Shown: positions 61,454-64,000 of the stretch, piece by piece
Numbering within the stretch: the stretch's first letter is position 1
Layout of the letters: every line of letters begins with the position of its first letter
Assembly: GCA_030390025.1 (NCBI GenBank)
Contig: CM059432.1
Span: 1,240,001-1,304,000 of the forward strand
Direction: 5' to 3'
Length of the DNA: 64,000 nucleotides
Source of the DNA: Squalus acanthias
Lineage: Eukaryota
Translations under genes and position numbers: made by a program
The notes under the pieces: model-generated
What the model was told of the DNA's origin: nothing
The model's database searches: none
The model's input: the letters and a program-made list of their open reading frames with translations, nothing else

Positions 61454-62044
61454 AACAAAAGGATGGAATATGGGAAGATTAAGTATTTTTGTACTAATGC
61501 AAGGAGAATTAGGAATAAACCTTGGGAATTAGATTGGGTTTCATGTTCTACTGGCAGCCATACTTCTGTGATATTAGTGACATCACAGAAGTATGGCTGC
61601 CAGTAGAACATGAAAAATGAGATCACACTAAGAAGGGTATAGAGAGCCAAAAAGCTGCAGGAGAGCACTTTCGGTATAAGTGCCATGATGCACCCTCGGG
61701 GCCTCTGCAACTGATGCCACGAGTCAGGGAGTGGGGCAGAAGTGCCCCCAGGAAGGGGAAGAAGCTGCTCCCAGCAGTGCCTTTATATCAGACGGCCAAT
61801 TGTAATATGTTAAACAAAAACAAAAGCAAAATTTTGGCCCTTTATCTTTGGGAATATGGACCCCTATCCCAACTTGGACCTGGTGTTGTGCCTGTGCTGA
61901 TCCTCTGCTGGGTTATGCTGGATACTTCAGGGCAATGTCAAATCCAAGCAATGTGAGACAGCCTTCTCCTTGGGGTTTTCACACCATTAACATCTGGATT
62001 TAGGTTGGGACCCACCTCTGGAGTAATAATCGCATTGTTATTGT

Positions 62045-62662
62045 CGCCCTTGCCTCAGCTCATCTGCTGCTGAAACCCTCATCCATGCCTTTGTTACTTC
62101 TAGACTTGACTCTTCCAATGCTCTCTAGGCTGGCCTCCTATCTTCCACCCTACATAAACTTGAGCTCATCCAAAACTCTGCTGCCTGTGTCCTAACTCGC
62201 ATTATCTGTTCACCCATCATCCCTGTGCTCGCTGACCTACATTGGCTCCTGGTCCAGTAACGCCTCAATTTTTAAAATTCTCATCCTTATTTTCAAATCC
62301 ATGGCCTCTCCCCTCCCTTTCTCTGTTAGCTCCTCTAGCCCTACAACCTGACATATCTGCATTCCTCCAATTCTGGCCACTTGTGCATCCCCAATTTTAA
62401 TTGCGTTCCATCATTGGCAGCCGTGCCTTCAGCTGCCTGGGCCCTAAGCTCTGGAATTCCCTCCCTACACCGCTCCGCCTCTCTACCTCTCCTCCTTTAA
62501 GACGCTCCTTAAAACCTACCTCTTTGACCAAGCTTTTGGTCATTTGTCCTAATATCTCCTTATGTGGCTCAGCGTCAAATTTTATTTGATAATCGCTCCT
62601 GTGAAGTGTCTTGGGTCGTTATAGTACATAAAAGGCGCTATAAAAATGCAATTTGTTGTTGC
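62045..62662 (+). mobile_element. L2 LINE 3' end
   Basis: Remnants [41 protein letters not shown]; tail GGCGCTATAAAAATGCAATTTGTTGTTG. Confidence 0.85.
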
Positions 62663-62904
62663 ATTGTGGAAATTGTTGCATGACAATGCTAAAGTTCCAC
62701 GATAAATGCATCCTAAGAGACGCTGCAGAAAACTGAATATAATAAATGAGGGATTTCAGTGACCCAGAAGTGAACTGTTGAGACCAAATGAGCTTAATAT
62801 CTGTAGTGGGGCAAATGCATGATGAATGCTCATTTTAAGAGCACAAGGGGCTAAGAAATAGTCGGCATGGATTTAAGACAGTAGGATTTAAGGATGTCCC
62901 GCCC

Positions 62905-63510
62905 AATCCTAGAATGAGACAGTACAGAAGGAGGCCATTCAGCCCATCGTGCCTGTGCTGGCTCTTTGAAAGAGTTATCCAATTAGTCCCCCTCTCCTGC
63001 TCATTCCTCATAGCCCTGAAAAATTATTTCCCCTTCAAATATATATCAAAATCCCTTTTGAAAATTACTATTGCTTCTGCTTCCACCACCCTTTCAGATC
63101 ATCATAACTCGCTGCGTTAAAAAAAACTGTCCTCATCTCCTCTCTGGTTCTTTTGCCAATTAACTCTGGTTACTGACTTTCCTGACAGTGGAAACAATTT
63201 CTCCTTATTTGCTCTATCAAAATAACTTCATAATTTTGAACACCTCTATTAAATCGCTCCTTAACCTTCTCTACTCTTCAGCTTCTCTAAGTCTCTCCAC
63301 ATAACTGAAGTCCCTCATCCCTGGAACCATTCTAGTAAATCTCTTTTGCACCCTCTCTAAGGCCTTGACATCCTTCCTAAAGTGTGGTGCCCAGAATTAG
63401 ACCCAATACTCCAGCTGAAGCCTAACCAATGATTTATAAAAGTTAAGCATAACTTCCTTGCTTTTGTACTCTTACGCCTCTATTTATAAAGCCAAGGATC
63501 TCGTATGCTC
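62905..63510 (-). mobile_element. CR1 3' fragment
   Basis: AYEILGFINRG on the minus strand; GGAGGCCATTCAGCCCATCG tail region. Confidence 0.8.
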
Positions 63511-64000
63511 CAGCATGAACAGGTAAACCCAGGCCTTTGGAGTACTTGACTAGACTGTGGAGGGATTTTAACTGCCAGCGGGTTTCCAGCGGAAAACCGC
63601 GTGGTCCAGTCAGATTCTCGCCCGCCCGCGGCAGATTTAGGCTACACAATTTTACCCGTTGGGCCTCATTGACATGCCATTGGCCGAATGCCTGCACGGA
63701 ACAGGCGGGAAGTAGTGAGAAGCAGCTTCTTCAACTTGTGCAGTTGATCAACAAATGAGGTAAGCTGAAAGAAAAGGCTTACATGCAAGGAAAAGTGGAA
63801 ATCCAGCAGACAGACAGCTGTAAAAAACAACACAGAAAGCAATGAGAGATGCAAAAGAGGATTATGAAAAAACAGGTACGAGGGATCCTAAATATAAGTC
63901 AAGGGGAGGAGAATTTAGTGGAGTAAAAAAAAAGGTAATGGAGAAAATAATGGGACTTCAGGTTTTCACCCCAGAGTATTGAATGAAATGAAGAAATTGA

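Overview
This is repeat-rich vertebrate genomic DNA. It is very probably from a cartilaginous fish (shark), inferred from Deu-domain SINEs together with dense CR1, L2, Penelope and Harbinger-type elements. One host gene is visible on the + strand, and it is CABYR-like. Two small exons (33848-33992, 34103-34156) encode a PKA-RIIa-type dimerization/docking domain. They splice in frame across a 20.6 kb, TE-packed intron into one ~5.7 kb exon (54780-60446/60466). That exon encodes Pro/Tyr-rich repeats followed by about 42 tandem ~30-aa Cys/His-rich repeats (C-x2-[H/P/E]-S-C-D-Q-C-[KR]-K-x-S-S), for a predicted protein of ~1961 aa. The rest of the window is a 5.1 kb G-rich minisatellite plus nested retrotransposons. 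The most interesting non-genic signals are two. First, four divergent CR1 LINEs all end ORF1 with an in-phase U_UUA_AAC slippery heptamer plus a stop codon, with ORF2 in the -1 frame, suggesting programmed -1 frameshifting. Second, there are fold-back Penelope-like insertions with 13-14 bp target duplications and minimal hammerhead-ribozyme motifs. All calls were made by eye without database searches, and TE boundaries are approximate unless a TSD or TIR is quoted.
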